Source: Felis catus (taxonomy: Eukaryota). From it: a stretch of 64,000 nt of DNA. The translations under genes and the position numbers were made by a program. The notes beneath the pieces are model-generated. The model was not told where the DNA came from and searched no databases. It saw nothing but the letters and a program-made list of their open reading frames with translations. Location of the stretch: positions 182,406,001 to 182,470,000 of the forward strand of contig NC_058368.1 of the NCBI RefSeq assembly GCF_018350175.1, read 5' to 3'. Positions 36,303 to 49,958 of this stretch are shown here, piece by piece (within the stretch, counting starts at the first letter, position 1; the number at the start of each line of letters is the position of its first letter).

Positions 36303-36735
36303 CAGGGGTCAGCAAACTTGCCTTGAAGAGTATAACAGTAAATATATTCTGCTTTCTAGGGCATATGATCTCTTTAACAACTATTCAGTGTCGCTGTTGC
36401 AGCATGAAGCAACTTTAGACAAATTATAAAGAAATGAGCTAGCTATATTCCAATAAAACTTTATTAATGCTTATGTATTTATTTTTGAGAGAGAGAATGT
36501 GTGTGCACACCAGCAGGGAAGGGAGAGAGAAAGAGGAAGAGAGAGAGAATCCCAAGCAGGCTCATGCTGTCAGCACAGAGCCCTACATGGGGCTTGATCT
36601 CACAAATGGTGAGACCATGACCAGAGCTGTAATCAAGAGACAGACCCTCAACCTGTTGAGCCACCCAGGCACGTCTCCAATAAAACATGATGTACAAAAC
36701 TGGTGAGTGGGCCAAATTTAGTCACAGTTTTCCCT
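36303..36735. mobile_element. MER58A-like MITE split by a SINE
   Basis: caggggtcagcaaac start, agtaaatatatt, caactattcag, tccaataaaac, gggccaaattta. Confidence 0.8.
36460..36675 (-). mobile_element. CAN-SINE
   Basis: TSD TCCAATAAAAC at 36449-36459 and 36676-36686. Confidence 0.94.
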
Positions 36736-36844
36736 GTACTTGAATGTAAACTATGTGAAGACATACACTGTATTTTGTTCAACATTATGTAATACAATAT
36801 CCAAAAAAATTAATGATTAATTAATGATGATGTTTAAAATAATG

Positions 36845-37030
36845 CTAGCTAATAATTGTATGGAGTTTATTATGTGTTAGTCACTTCTGCATGTAATAAC
36901 TCATTATATAAATTAGTTACTGTTTTTACCCATTTCAGGAGATAAAGAAACTGAGAAATGGTTAATTTGTCACAGCAACTCAGCAAGTAAATGGGGGATC
37001 TGAGGTTCAGACTATAAAAGTCCAAAATAC
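36845..37030 (-). mobile_element. MIR SINE
   Basis: tttacccatttcaggagataaagaaactgagaa...gtcacagcaac. Confidence 0.65.
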
Positions 37031-37205
37031 ACAATAAGTTAGTTAAATGAATAAATGATTAAATGAATGAATAAAGGAAAGATTGAATGAATCAATATAG
37101 AGAGTTAGTCCTGGGTATTTTAAGACAGAATCATTTATCTTGCTCATCCACACACTATGTCTCTTCCAAAATGTCTAGGTTACAAAGCCAAATTTGAGAC
37201 TGAGT

Positions 37206-37208
<3 letters not shown>

Positions 37209-37253
<45 letters not shown>
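37209..37253. repeat. (GA)n microsatellite
   Basis: Directly visible. Confidence 0.97.
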
Positions 37254-37256
<3 letters not shown>

Positions 37257-37622
37257 AGGAAATGAAAATCTGCTATTGGGTATATGTTTCTTTATCTGAA
37301 TTAAACTAGTTGTCTCACTCTTAAATAAGAATAAACTTTATAAGTAGGTAGGGATTTTTAGTTTTAACTGGCAAGTCCATGTTTTCCATGAAGGAATGAA
37401 GAGAAGTAAAAAATAAAGGAAAGGATAAAGAGACAAAAGGACAGAGTTAGGAATCAATCTGAGAGAAGTAGCAAAAGGAGATGGAAACTAGAAAAAAATA
37501 TCTAGTAAGAAGAAAACTTGTAAGGAATACCTTTTATTCAACAGATATTTACTAAGGGCCTAATATGTATTAGGCTCTGAGCTACACCCTGGTGATATAA
37601 TCATTTAAAAAAGAAAGGAATT

Positions 37623-37869
37623 GGGGCGCCTGGGTGGCACAGTCGGTTAAGCATCCGACTTCAGCCAGGTCACGATCTCGCGGTCCGTGAGTTCGAGCCC
37701 CGCGTCAGGCTCTGGGCTGATGGCTCAGAGCCTGGAGCCTGTTTCTGATTCTGTGTCTCCCTCTCTCTCTGCCCCTCCCTCGTTCATGCTCTGTCTCTCT
37801 CTGTCCCAAAAATAAATAAACGTTGAAAAAAAAATTAAAAAAAAATAAAAATAAATAAATAAATTAATT
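37623..37869 (+). mobile_element. Young SINEC_Fc
   Basis: Near-consensus; flanking repeat AAAAAGAAAGGAA on both sides. Confidence 0.97.
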
Positions 37870-38082
37870 AAAAAGAAAGGAACACTATCAAGGATACTGC
37901 ACTCATAAGGCTTACAGTATATTAAGGAGATAACATGAAATAACATTCATATAAAAGCAGAATTATGACTCAAGGTAACTGCTACAAAGAATTGCATAAA
38001 TGCTCTGAGAGCATACCAGTGGGATTGAGGGGTCTGGGAAGGTCTCTGAGCAAAGAATATTTAAATTAAGAGTGGTAAATCA

Positions 38083-38324
38083 GGGGCACCTGGGTGTCTC
38101 AGTCTGTTAAGTGTCTGACTCTCGGTTTTGGCTCAGGTCATGATCTTTCTGTTTGTGAGTTAGAGCCCCAAGTTGAGCCCTGTCCTGACAGTGAGGAGCC
38201 TGCTTGGGATTCTCTCTGTCCCTCTCTGTGCCCCTCCCCCACTCATGCTATCTCTTTCTCTCTCTGTGTCTCTCTCTTTCTCTCTCTCTGTCTCTCTCAA
38301 ATAAATAAACTTAAAAAAAAAAAA
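38083..38324 (+). mobile_element. CAN-SINE
   Basis: GGGGCACCTGGGTG head, CT body, AATAAATAAAC-A tail. Confidence 0.95.
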
Positions 38325-40160
38325 GACCTGCAGATAAATAGGAATTCTCTGTAATAAAGAGTGGGGAGAACAGCATTTCAGGAAGATGACTAAAAGGGGT
38401 AAAGTTTCAGAGACGACAACGATGATGAATCAGACAAGAGAATGAACAGTGTAGCTGAGGATGCATGGATAGGGTGGAGATAGATGTTGGCATGAATTTG
38501 TGGGTCAGTTATAGCAGACGAGAGAGAGAAAACATCAGGTGTTGAAGTGAGAAGGTGAGAATTCAGGAGTAGAATTTTGGACATTTCAAGTTAGAGATAC
38601 CTGAGAGCTATTCAAGTAGAGTTCCCCAGAAGACAATGAATCCATAAACCTATCTGTTAGATGAAGGGCATGGATGCATGATAGGAAGTAGTGAATATTA
38701 GCATTTGAATCATGTGTATGTAAGATCACTCAGGGAAAGACAGTAGAGGAAGAAGAGTAGAACTTTAATGTTTAGGAATGAGACAAAGACAGTACCTTGT
38801 AAAGGAGACTGAAAAGGAGTGTTCAGGGAGGAAGGCACAAAGCCACAGAATGTCAGTGATATGGAAGCCCAAAGAAAAGAACCTTCAAGAAGGAAGCACA
38901 TCAATTGTGTGAAATGTAGTGAGTGGTTAAGTAAGGTGGGGACTGAGAAGTGTTCTTTCGATTTCGAACATGGATATTATTGATGTCCTTAGCAAGGCTG
39001 TTTGTGAGTCATGGGTATAAAATAAGACAAGAGTAGTAAGGTAATTATGACAGTAAAAGTGTGACAGCCTTTATAGACAACCTTTTTTAAAAGCTTCATG
39101 GCAGATTAGAACAAACAGTATCTGGAGAGGAATGAAAAGATAGGAGTGGTGTCTTAATTATTCATGTTTGAATGCTGATCAGAGTATTCAGTAAGAAGGA
39201 GAGGTGAGAAAAGAGGAATAAGAGTGGCTCTGTGGAAAGATACAAAAGAAAAGAAAGCAAAAGCAAAGTACGTTTGAGAAAGTAACAGCATGAGACTTAA
39301 GAAAAAAAAAAAAAGAACAAGTGAGTAAAACTGAGAATGGACAGGGAAATCTAAAATCCAAATACCTCATGGCTTACCCTCCAAGAGATTCTCCAGGAAG
39401 CCTACAAGTTGGTACCACATGATAATTTAAGAGTAGTATAGATTACACACTCTCACTTTCTCCCACTACTTATGGGTGCAGTCAATTAAGCTTAGCAACA
39501 TTACACAGTAGTAGCAGAGCTATTGCGTTTCCCATCCTGTGGGGCTGTCAGTGCGTAGAGTCATTTTCCAACTGTCAGGGCAGAGGATTCGGTCTCTGGA
39601 TAGTGATTACAATCCTTTGAATGTTTATGTAGAAACTCTTACTACCCAGAAGAGAAACTATTACAACAAGCGCTATCAGCAAATGATACACTACTTCCTT
39701 TTGCATTCTTAACACAAGCATGACTAAGCTACCAAATAAATCAGAGAAGCATAGATATTCCTTAGGAATTATTTTCTTGAATTTAAATAGTCATTGATTG
39801 CTAGGGACCAGGTCTCTACTTCTATCTTTCTTTGTGTTTGTTTAATTTTAATCAGGCCCTGGGTTTTACCTTTTATTTACTAATTTATTCAAAAAATTAT
39901 AAAGTACTATTTATCAAAAAACTAGAGATAGTGAAATGAACAAGATTGCTCCAGCTTTCATGGAGCTTATGCGCTAGTGAAGGAGACAAGGTTTATATTT
40001 ATTTTGTAGCTGTATTTTGTTATTGTTGTTGTCGTTGCAGATGATTTGAAACAGCAATCTTGAGACTTGAGAGGAAGACAGAGTAAATACTCTTCATCTC
40101 ATTTTAAAGGTAAGCTGAAAGGACTTGGGAAAGATATTAAAAAAGATAATGGCAAAGCAT

Positions 40161-40349
40161 AATGGTTCTCAAGGTGTGGTCCCCCACCAGCATCAACTAG
40201 GTACTTGCTAGAAATACAAATTTGTTGGCCCCAATCCAGACCTGGTAAATAGAAAACAGACAAACAAACAACTCTGGGGTAGGGGCTAACTATCTGTTTA
40301 CCAAGATCTCCAGGTATCTCTGAGACACACTCAAGAATGGGAAACACTG
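40161..40349. mobile_element. MER5A hAT-Charlie MITE
   Basis: tggttctcaaggtgtggtccc...cagcatca...ttgctagaaatacaaatt...ccagacct...cacactcaagaatgggaaacactg. Confidence 0.85.
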
Positions 40350-42830
40350 TGTAAGAGAAAGATACTGAATTGAATTAAAAGACTGGGCTTTGAGTAACAT
40401 GACTTTGGGAAGATTACTTAACTATTTGCCCTCAATTTTCTAGAAATAAATCCTATCTTGCTTGTGGCTATAAATAAATCTATGCCAGGGGTCATAAACA
40501 CAAATCTCTTCAGAGATCGAGCAGGCAGCAGAGTGAATGAAGATGGACAAACATAAGAGAAAACAATAGCATAAGTAAGCTGAAAAATAGCATCTAGGTG
40601 TTAGGAGAAAAGAGTAGTAGGAACTGTATCAAACTTGTATAAACAAAACTCTTTTAGAAAAATTTCTCAAGAAAATAGAAACCCAAATTTGGATGTGTAC
40701 ATAGTAAATTATTAAATATGAACAAACACCATAATTTAAAATTCTATGTGTGTAAAAAATAAAATAGAAACAGATGGATGGAGGGAGGCAGAAAGAACAA
40801 GAGAGACAGGGAAAAAGAGGTTGATTTTGAGGCTGGAGGGCTAAATTTTGTGTGAAGACTATCAGAATGAACTACGCTGTGTTTTAGAGGTCCACACAAG
40901 AAAAGCAATATCTCTCGGGGCGAAGGTAAGAAAGGTAAGGGTTGTGGGGGATAAGGATTGATTAGATGGCAAGATGTAAACAGTAGACTTCCATAATGGA
41001 CTCCTGCCATGATGATCTTGATCAAGGTCATATAGCTGGTTATTAGTGGAATCACGTCTGACTGTGAATTAAGATATCCAATTAAGACTGTGAAGAAATG
41101 GTAGACAGTCGAAGTTTCAGTGCTCTTGAATTGACCTGCTTGGTCCCAAGTGTCAAAGAGACAGAGTTGACCAGGTAAGGCCAGGTCTGGAACTCTGGCT
41201 AAAAAAGAGTTTTCACAATTTAACCGGGCAAATGTTACACATTAAAATGACAAGGGAAATTTTAAATACTGGGTAAATACAATATACAGGTATAGGAAGA
41301 TAAGATTAAAAAGAAGGAAATGTGCTTATTGTAAATCTAGGTAAGAGGACAGTATTTAATCAGGAAGGTAAAATTAACTAGCAAAAAAGGCCCAATAAAG
41401 TCCAGGGTCATTTCTTCTTGCCCTTTAAAAATATATAGCCTAATAACTTTCTTCTTTGGCCAACCAAGACAATAAGCGCCAGTAGGTGAAGAAGGGAGAC
41501 ACACAGGCAATTCTCATCCTTCTCCTAGGAACTGGACAAGATAACAGACAAAATCATGGCTATAACCCTCTACTTCTTTTTTTAGTGGAAACATAACAAT
41601 ATGACAGAGAATACGGAGAATTTTAAGGGGATCTTCTACTATAAATGAGAACTTGAATTCTCAATTGGAATATAAATGAGTTCTTGAAGACTACTTAGGA
41701 AGCTCCCATAAACAATATCTCCAATGAAATAAATGCCTTGTTTAAGAGCAAGAAAGAGTGTGTTCCTTTCCATTTCCCTCCCTAATCCACAAACTATACA
41801 ATGACACGAGATACAGTTCAAAGCAAAATTGGCAAATCTGCAAATACCACCTACTTACACATGCTTCAAGATATCATTACGTGTGTCAATTGTAACAAAT
41901 TTTATAAACATTATTACACAATGAACTCAACCAAGATAAGAATGACCACTTTTCTGAAAGAAAGGTTTATTAGTAGGGAAATTTTTTTATATCCAGTTCA
42001 GGTTCTGTTCTATTCTACTTGACTTATTTCATAGCCTTATTTAGGGTACAGATAGGAGGAGACAGTTTCTACTAAACTCCCCATGACTGTGTTTTAAGTC
42101 ATATCTCAATTACAGGTTACCATCAGCAGGCATCATGTGGGGAATGTTTCAGTGAATTTGCAAAGGTCCTTTTTCCTTGGTACATCTTCCATTTTTCTCT
42201 GTAGGAAGCAGACTTCTGCTTATACTGCAAGATCCAGCACAAGTACACCTGCTCTGTGGAGCCTTTCTGGACTATTAGTGACAAAGCTGATTGCTTTCTT
42301 CCAGCTTCCATAGTGGTCTGTTACTTTGTTTTGATATTTTTTCATCATTTAATACTTGTTTATACAGGTATCTTCTTTAGACTATGAGTTTCTCAACAGT
42401 TGTGACCTTGCCCCATCAATCTCCTAATCTTTGGTATGTATCCGAACATCTGGCCTGTAAAATACTCACTAAATAAGCACAGATTTGAAAGAATAAGTAG
42501 ATGCATGCATGAAAGTAGGATATGAAAGGCAGTATCCATTTCATAAGGTCAAGGCCAAACATCTTCCCTATGTCATGTGAATGATTTGGGCAGGTGGTAG
42601 TAATTTCCAATTGAGCTTTTTAGCTCATGGACCAGTCTACATTAGGTATATCCCAATATGCTAAAATTCCCATGGTTTATGTATGCAAAGAGAAACAGAG
42701 ACAGGAAGTGTGTGAATTATTTCTACATAATAATGGAAAAGCAGTCAAGTCAGAAGACTCATTCTGCTTCCTAGTATGCCTTGGATTTCTACAATCATAA
42801 TCAGATTTTTCAGAAACAAATATGATAGCT

Positions 42831-43053
42831 TTTTATTATTTATTTTTTTAAGTTTTTTTTTTTTATTTTAAGAGAGACAGAGACAGTGTGAGTGGGGGAG
42901 GGGCAGAGAGAGAGGAGAGAGAAAATCTCAAGCAGGCCCCACACTGCCAGCATAGAGCCTGATGAGGGGCTTGAACCCAGGAAGCTGTGAAATCACGACC
43001 TGAGCTGAAACCAAGAGTTGGACACTTAAGTGACTGAGCCACTCAGGTGCCTC
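42831..43053 (-). mobile_element. CAN-SINE, followed by a short (TATG)n
   Basis: T-rich tail, GA body, ...gactgagccactcaggtgcc head. Confidence 0.94.
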
Positions 43054-44516
43054 TTTATGTATGTAGGTATGTATGTATGTGTGTATTTTTCACAACTTTT
43101 AAAAAAAATGATCCTATGAATTCTAGCCCTTAAATTTGTATCTGCTTTTCCACTAGGAGTACAAGAACAGATTTAATGTATTCTTGCCCTGAGAAGTAAG
43201 GAAAGTGATGGGATACTATGGTCTTACATTCACCATATTTTGATAAATCTAATTCTATTTTACAGCAACTCTACCTTTGATGGGCAAGGATGGGAAACTG
43301 AGGAACTCTTTCTCTTGTGAAAGTTATTGATCCTGTTTTTATACTTATCAAAATTCATTTTTAAGATCGTACACATTGTTCCTTCTGTTAAACTTGGTAT
43401 AAAGTACATTTTGTTAAGATCATGTTCATATTTTTCTCCTGTCTGTGTGTATACATAAGTGTACACATATTTATATGTATATAAAACAGTAAATGCCTGA
43501 GAGACTAGAAAATGACCCACAATTTGGGCCAAGGGGTGAGAAATTGCAAGTGTATGTCATTTCATGTAAGGGAAAATAAAGAAAATTGTTTGAAAAACAC
43601 AGAAAAGTTGCAGGGAAATGTTCAGCTATTGTACAAGGATAGCTACTTCATTGGACATTTTTCCCTATTACTTTTATCTTCAGGTAGAATATGAAGTGTT
43701 TTGTTTATGTACAAGTTTATGTCTCAGCTTTGCTCTCTGATCCTCGTTTGGACCCAGCCATTGACACAGCTATACAGATGCTCTTGGGCAGACTCAAGGA
43801 AGGATGCAGCATACCGAACTCGTACCTGCAAGGAGTACAGAGCCTGGATGTGAACAGTCTCTCAAAGACTGAAACACTGGTATAATTCCTCCTGCACTGT
43901 TCTGCATCACTCATTCCATAAGCTTAAGAAGCTTTAAGAGAAACATATGCAAGATAATGCTTTTGGTACGAAGGAAAAGGAAATCTTTATTTTCCCTGGT
44001 TTAATTTTCTAGATTTACTACCTTTCTATTTTTTATAAATATCTTTCAGTTTTTACTGTTCAAGGCCAGTCACATTTACTTCATGTTTCATTTTCTGATA
44101 TCCAAATTCTCTCTGGTGCTTCCTCTAATGACAAGCCCAGTCTTCTACTGGGATACAGTTTTGTTTGTGTGGCTAATTTCTTAATCCTCCTGTCCATACC
44201 CTCTTTCTTTATTGCAAAGTATCACTTGAGTCTAAGTGAGTTTTATTTATTTATTTTTTTAAGCCTTCACCTTTCCTGCTGCTCGATTTCCAGCTGAAGT
44301 TATAATCTTCTGTTTGGGATACGACAGTTGATTACTCTCGAAATGGCTGTAATATTATCTGCATTTGTTGGAATGGCAGAAGAAAACTGTGATTAAATAA
44401 AAATTGGCTTGGATTTTGCCTCAAACTTCTACTACGTTAATTTAAGGGCTTAATCAAAATTTTTCTGTTGGTGTTTCTAAATGTTTTTCTCTATCACTTG
44501 CTTGGTTAGTACAAAT

Positions 44517-44885
44517 GTGATAGACTGAATAATTGACTCCATTATTTACCAAAATCCATGCCCTTTTTCATAGAACTTTGCAATTATTCCTACTGGAGAT
44601 GGAGTGTACAACTTCTACTATGACTTGCTTTAGCCAATAAGGCATGTGATGTGCTTATACTCCTTCCTGCCATCTTTGTAAAAAGAGCCTGCCACATCAA
44701 ACATCCTGGCCCGAGAAAGATGAGAGGTACAGAAACGTGTTTGAATTCAACCACTACCCCGGGGCCCACAGCAGCTGAGAAAGTCAACTCTGTGCCTACC
44801 TACACACAACAAACCAGGAATAAATGGTTATCTTAAATCATTGAGCTTTGTGAATTTTTATTATGAGTAATGGCTGACTAATACA
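44517..44885 (+). mobile_element. MaLR solo LTR (MLT1H/I-like)
   Basis: TG...CA ends; atgacttgctttagccaat, aataaatggttat, aatggctgactaataca. Confidence 0.75.
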
Positions 44886-45064
44886 ACTACCCACTTTTAT
44901 GACTCTGAGGAAAAAATACATTATTACCTTCAGTCATATCATCAATTAACATTCATATAGTACTCATTGTGCACAGAAATATACATTCTGAGAGCCATAC
45001 AAGATATAGATATTTTAGACATTGTTCTGGAAGGTTCTGGGGGAAGGGCATGACATTCATCCCA

Positions 45065-45210
45065 TTCACTACTTTAATACCATTTACGGAGAGCTTCCTC
45101 TGTGCCAGAAACACTGTGCTACAACCTGGAAGAAAAAAATAAAGAAGATGGACACCTGACCTCAATAAACATGAGGCCTAGTGGGAGGAGACAGATTTTC
45201 AAACAAAGGA
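45065..45210 (-). mobile_element. L2 3' end
   Basis: catttacggagagcttcctctgtgccagaaacactgtgcta...ctagtgggaggagacaga. Confidence 0.7.
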
Positions 45211-46479
45211 GTACTTTATGAAATTATACACATTGACTGAATTTGAATTGTACATAGTGCATCAAGTGAAGTCCAGCATATTGTGTCATCACGCTTGGGT
45301 CAGAATCTAGGCTCAACCTCTGTCTTACCTTTACAGACCTCAGTTACCTCATTTTTAAAAGGAAGTGAACTAGCCATTAGGCCCCTGCCTAATATGTAAC
45401 ATAAACTCACTTCTAGCTATTATTATCACTATTATCATTATTATCAATAAGAGCAGTATCTTTAATATTATTCTTTATTAACAGTCAACATTTTCCTGAG
45501 CAGAGCTTACCTAGAGACATGGAAGGCACTGTGCCAAAGGCTAAGAAAGACTTGAAGAGTGATGAAGCAACCTTCCACTCTCAAGGAGCTCACCAGGAAA
45601 ATCCCCAAGAAAAGGCCAGTAGTTATAGTGAGTAAAAAATATACTCACTAGAAGAATCATGTAATATATACCTTGTCAAGTCAAAGAAATTAACACAAAT
45701 TATTTTATGTTCATATAAGCAGCCAGACCTAACCAGTTAAGAGTTTTCACCTATATTATGAATTTGTTCAACCTTGCTGAGGATAACCCTATGTAAACTT
45801 TTGCGTGTTACAATTAAAATAAAATAGTAAGAATTTGTATTTCTTCCTTGATAAATTGACTCAGTCTAACCTGCATTCTCAGAAACAGGGCCTCAGACAA
45901 TAAATCCCTATATAATTCTATTCAAGTTGTATAAACAGGCCTATAGCCACAACTCTGCCATTAGCAAAGAAAAAAAAATATAAAATATAATCTGGATTCC
46001 TGAGCTGGTCTTACTTACCACACTTCTAATTCAGACTAAGAGGCCATAAAACAGCCTTTACATTGATCCAAACTTCCAGATTAACCAAAATATCTAATTT
46101 CTATCCAAAATATACATGCAGAAAAAAAAAACCAAATAAGCTGTTATTAAAGTTTAGTATAAAAGATAAAAATAATCCTAAAAAGATAACACGTTGAAGA
46201 AGGCTATATGTGACTGGAACAAAGGGAAAGCCAGTTTCCTGGATTTGGCCTAGGTCATAGATACGGTGGTTGACGGAAGGTGCAGAGTTGGGATGGGAAA
46301 TGGGTAATGGCTTGGTTTTAATTAATTGATTAATTAACCAATATATACATATAAATAAAAGATTCAGATATTTTCCCTTCCAAAACCATACATTTTGTTG
46401 ATTATAAAACTTTAAAAACGCGCACATACACAGACTCAGACACACACACACACACACGCACACACACCATTCACAAAAC

Positions 46480-47265
46480 AATAAGAGATATCTTTATAAA
46501 AATAGGCAAAGGGTTAAAAAATGTAGTTCACGGTAAAGAAAATATAAAGAGTTAACACAAAAAAATATGTTTGACCTTCCCAGTAACTACAGAACTTAAA
46601 ATAAAATTAAAACGATATTAAACCAGTTTACACTTATTTGATTACATTTTAAAATATTACATATTAACAATAGTTGATAAGCAAATGAGGAAGATGTTCT
46701 TTCATATACACAATTTTGTTGTGAAGGATTCTAGAGGGCAACTTGACACTATCAAATTTTAAAAGGTGCTTACCCTTAGCTTAGATATTCTATTTGTATT
46801 ATCTGTCTTAGAGAAATATTTGTACAACTGCATAAAGAGGAGCTGTTCAACACACCTATCATTTCAGTAGAGAAAAAATGAAAAAAAATATCGTAATCAA
46901 TACAGAAATGATTAAACAGACTATTTTACCAATACTGAAGAAATTGAAAAGAATGAGCGAGACTTCTATGTATGGGGATGGAAATGTCTCACATCATTGC
47001 ATGAAAATAGTAGGTTTCTGAACTATATGAAAGATGTGGCATTTGTTTGGAAAATGCACACATGAAATATATTATGCTATGTGAAGATATATACGTATAA
47101 ATGTATGGAAAATAGTCTTGAAAGATACTCACAAAACAGTGGTTACATCTGAGAAAGGGACTGACATTGCAGACAACTAAAGGGAGACTTCTGTATTAAT
47201 CCACACTATTTTAAGTTTTACAAAAAATTCCTCATAGTTTACTATGTAATTACAAATAAATAGAA
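46480..47265 (+). mobile_element. Old L1ME-like 3' region
   Basis: aataggcaaagg, ctagagggcaacttg, cagtggttacatctgagaagggactg, agggagacttc. Confidence 0.6.
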
Positions 47266-47432
47266 TTTTCACTTCTGAGCAAGATGGAATAACAAGGAAT
47301 AACAATCTTTACTGAAACAAACAAAAATGGACAAAATATGGGAAACAAAAGTTTTAAGACACTAGAAATCAGGCAATCAAGGTGAGTAATCCTTGAGAGA
47401 TGGTAAACAAATGAGGTGAGGCTTGTGACTAA

Positions 47433-47766
47433 TGTCTTAACCTTTAAGACTGCTCTAACCAAATATTATAGACTGGGAAGTTTATAAACAACAGAAATTT
47501 ATTTTTCACAGTTTTGGAGGCTAAAAGTCCAAGATCAGGATGTCAGCCATGGTCAGGTGAAGACCCTATTCTGTTTAGCAGATTTTTCATTATACTCTCA
47601 CATGGCGGAAGGGACAAGAGAACTCTCTTGAGCCTCTTGTATGAGACACTAATCAGATTCATGAAGGCTCTGTCCTCATGACCTAATCACCTCTCAAAGG
47701 CCCACTTCCTAATACTATCAATTTGGGCATTAAGATTTTAACATAAATTTTGGAGGATACCAACAT
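47433..47766 (-). mobile_element. MaLR LTR (MLT1A-like)
   Basis: aacaacagaaatttatttttcacagttttggaggctaaaagtccaagatcagg...ctcatgacctaatcacctctcaaaggccc. Confidence 0.88.
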
Positions 47767-48195
47767 CCTCAAAAGCCTAAGCCTATTAACTTGAGAGAAT
47801 TTCTGGGATGCAGTAGAAGGAGTGGGAATCCAGTAAATGCTCAGAGGACTCTCTGACTTGGATAGAGAGCTAAGATTCTAGGAGAGGCAAGATGGTGACT
47901 TGGATTCACAAGACAGTGTAACAGACAGAGGTCAACACAATGAAAACTCCAGAAATCTACAGAGTTCCTTTCAAGTATTCAGCTGAGTGCTTATCAGTGA
48001 ATTCAGGAGAGGAAACTACTTGAGGCTGTAGAAAGAACCATCTGAAAGGAATCATCACACAGGACTAGGAGTAGTGCTGTTTCCATAATTCACGGGGAAT
48101 CGAGTAGAGCAAAAAGAACGATCTTGCCACAGTAGTGCAGAATAATTACCACAAGGATGAGCACTGCTGTGGTCTATGTAAAGACTCTTAAAACC

Positions 48196-48400
48196 GGGCA
48201 CCCGGGTTGCTCAGTCGTTTAAGCATCCAACTTCAGTTCATGTCATTGTCTGGCAGTTCACGAGTTTGAGCCCCACATAGGGCTGTGTGCTGACAGCTCA
48301 GAGACTGAAGCCTGCTTCAGATTCCATGTCTCATTCTCTCTCTTTGCCCCTCCTAGCTTGTGTTCTCTATATCTCAAAACTAAATAAACATTTTTTTAAA
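48196..48400 (+). mobile_element. CAN-SINE
   Basis: gggcacccgggttgctcagtcg head; aataaacat tail. Confidence 0.93.
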
Positions 48401-48665
48401 TCACTTTATGAAGCCATCATTACTTTGATATCAAAACTGAACAAAGACACTACAAGAAAAGACAACTACAGACCCATATCACTAATAATTATAGGTGAAA
48501 AAATTATTAATAGAATTTTATAATATCAAATCCAAAAATTTTTACAAGGATTTATTCCAGAAAAACAAGCCTGATAAAAAGGACCGTACTATATATAAAA
48601 TCTCACTTGATGTAGAAAAAGCATTTGACAAAATCCAACATCCATTCTTAATAATAACTCTTACT

Positions 48666-48885
48666 GGCGCGCCTAGGAGGCTCAGTCGGTTAAGTGTCCG
48701 ACTTCGGCTCAGGTCATGATCTCGCAGTCCGTGGGTTTGAGCCCTGCATCAGGCTCTGTGCTGACAGCTCAGAGTCTGGATCCTGTTTCAGATTCTGTGT
48801 CTCCCTCTTTCTCTGACCCTCCCCTGTTCATGCTCTCTCTCTCTCTGTCTCAAAAATAAATAAATGTTAAAAAAATTTAAAAAAA
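48666..48885 (+). mobile_element. CAN-SINE (SINEC_Fc2-like)
   Basis: Perfect TSD TAATAATAACTCTTACT at 48649-48665 and 48886-48902. Confidence 0.97.
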
Positions 48886-49754
48886 TAATAATAACTCTTA
48901 CTAAATCAGAAATAGCAGGACATTTCCTCAACCTGGAAAAGTATTTCTATGAAAAACACATAGTTAATACAATAGTAATGATGGAAGACTGAATGCTTCC
49001 AACCTAAGATCAGTAACAAGAGAAAGGTGTCCAATCTCACCATCTCCATTAAATATTTCACTAGAAGCTCTAGGCAGAATTATGAAACAGAAAAAAAAAT
49101 TAAGTAAAAACAATTTTTATTTTCAGATATGGTAATTTATTTGAAAATTGGATAGAAAAAAGTTAAAGAATGTACAAGTGATTTTGGCAATATTTCAGGA
49201 TACAAAATCAATATCTTTAAAAAACCACAGTGCTATGCACCAGCAAAAATAATAAACTGAAATAAAAAATACATTTGCATTACCATAAAAACATGAAATT
49301 CTTATGGGTAAATCTGACAAAAGAAACAAAAGATTTGCACACAGAAAACTAAAAACTATATTGCTGTAAGAAATGAAAGAATAACTAAATAATGAGAATG
49401 ATATTTATGTTTATCTTTTGAAGATTCAATATTGTTAAGATGTCAATTATTCCCTTTTTGACCTATAGATTCAACACATAACAAACAAAATGTCATCAGG
49501 ATTTTCTCACAGAAACTTACAACTTATTCCAAAATTCACTGGGAAAGGCAAAGGACCTAGAATAACCAAAACAACTTAAAAAAAGAAAAGAAAAAGAATT
49601 GTAGGGCTAACATTCTTTGATTTCAAGATTTAGTACAGAACAAAACACCCAACAATCTATGTTTTATACTATATATAAAAAATAAGTCAAAAAGTATTAT
49701 AAACATAAATGTAAAACCTAAAACTATAAATTTGTTAAAGAGAAAATTTTCTGT

Positions 49755-49958
49755 GGGCACCTGTGTGTCTCAGTCAGTTTAGCATCTGACTCTTGGTTTC
49801 TGCTCAGGTCATTATCTCATTGTTCGTGAGTTTGAGTCCTGCATCAGGCTCTGGGCTGATGGCATGGAATCTGCTTGGGATTCTCTGTCTCCCTCTTTCT
49901 CTTTACCCCTCCCCTGCTTGCACTTTCTCTTTCTAAAAATAAATAAATAAACATTAAA
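49755..49958 (+). mobile_element. CAN-SINE
   Basis: Head, CT body and (AAAT)n tail. Confidence 0.94.

Larger units (their letters stand above)
37535..39300 (-). mobile_element. L2 LINE with two SINE insertions
   Basis: attcaacagatatttactaagggcctaatatgt tail; ttttggacatttcaagttagagatacct; gagatcaagtaag-like agtggttaagtaaggtggggactgagaag. Confidence 0.8.

Noticed and set aside
43843..43885. Hammerhead-ribozyme-like stem followed by GAAAC
   Set aside because: The required CUGANGA box is absent (CTGGATGTGAAC) and stems I/III are not evident.
46101..46481. Longest ORF in the track (126 aa)
   Set aside because: Starts in a (TG)n repeat, has a composition typical of T-rich non-coding DNA, and shows no recognisable domain.
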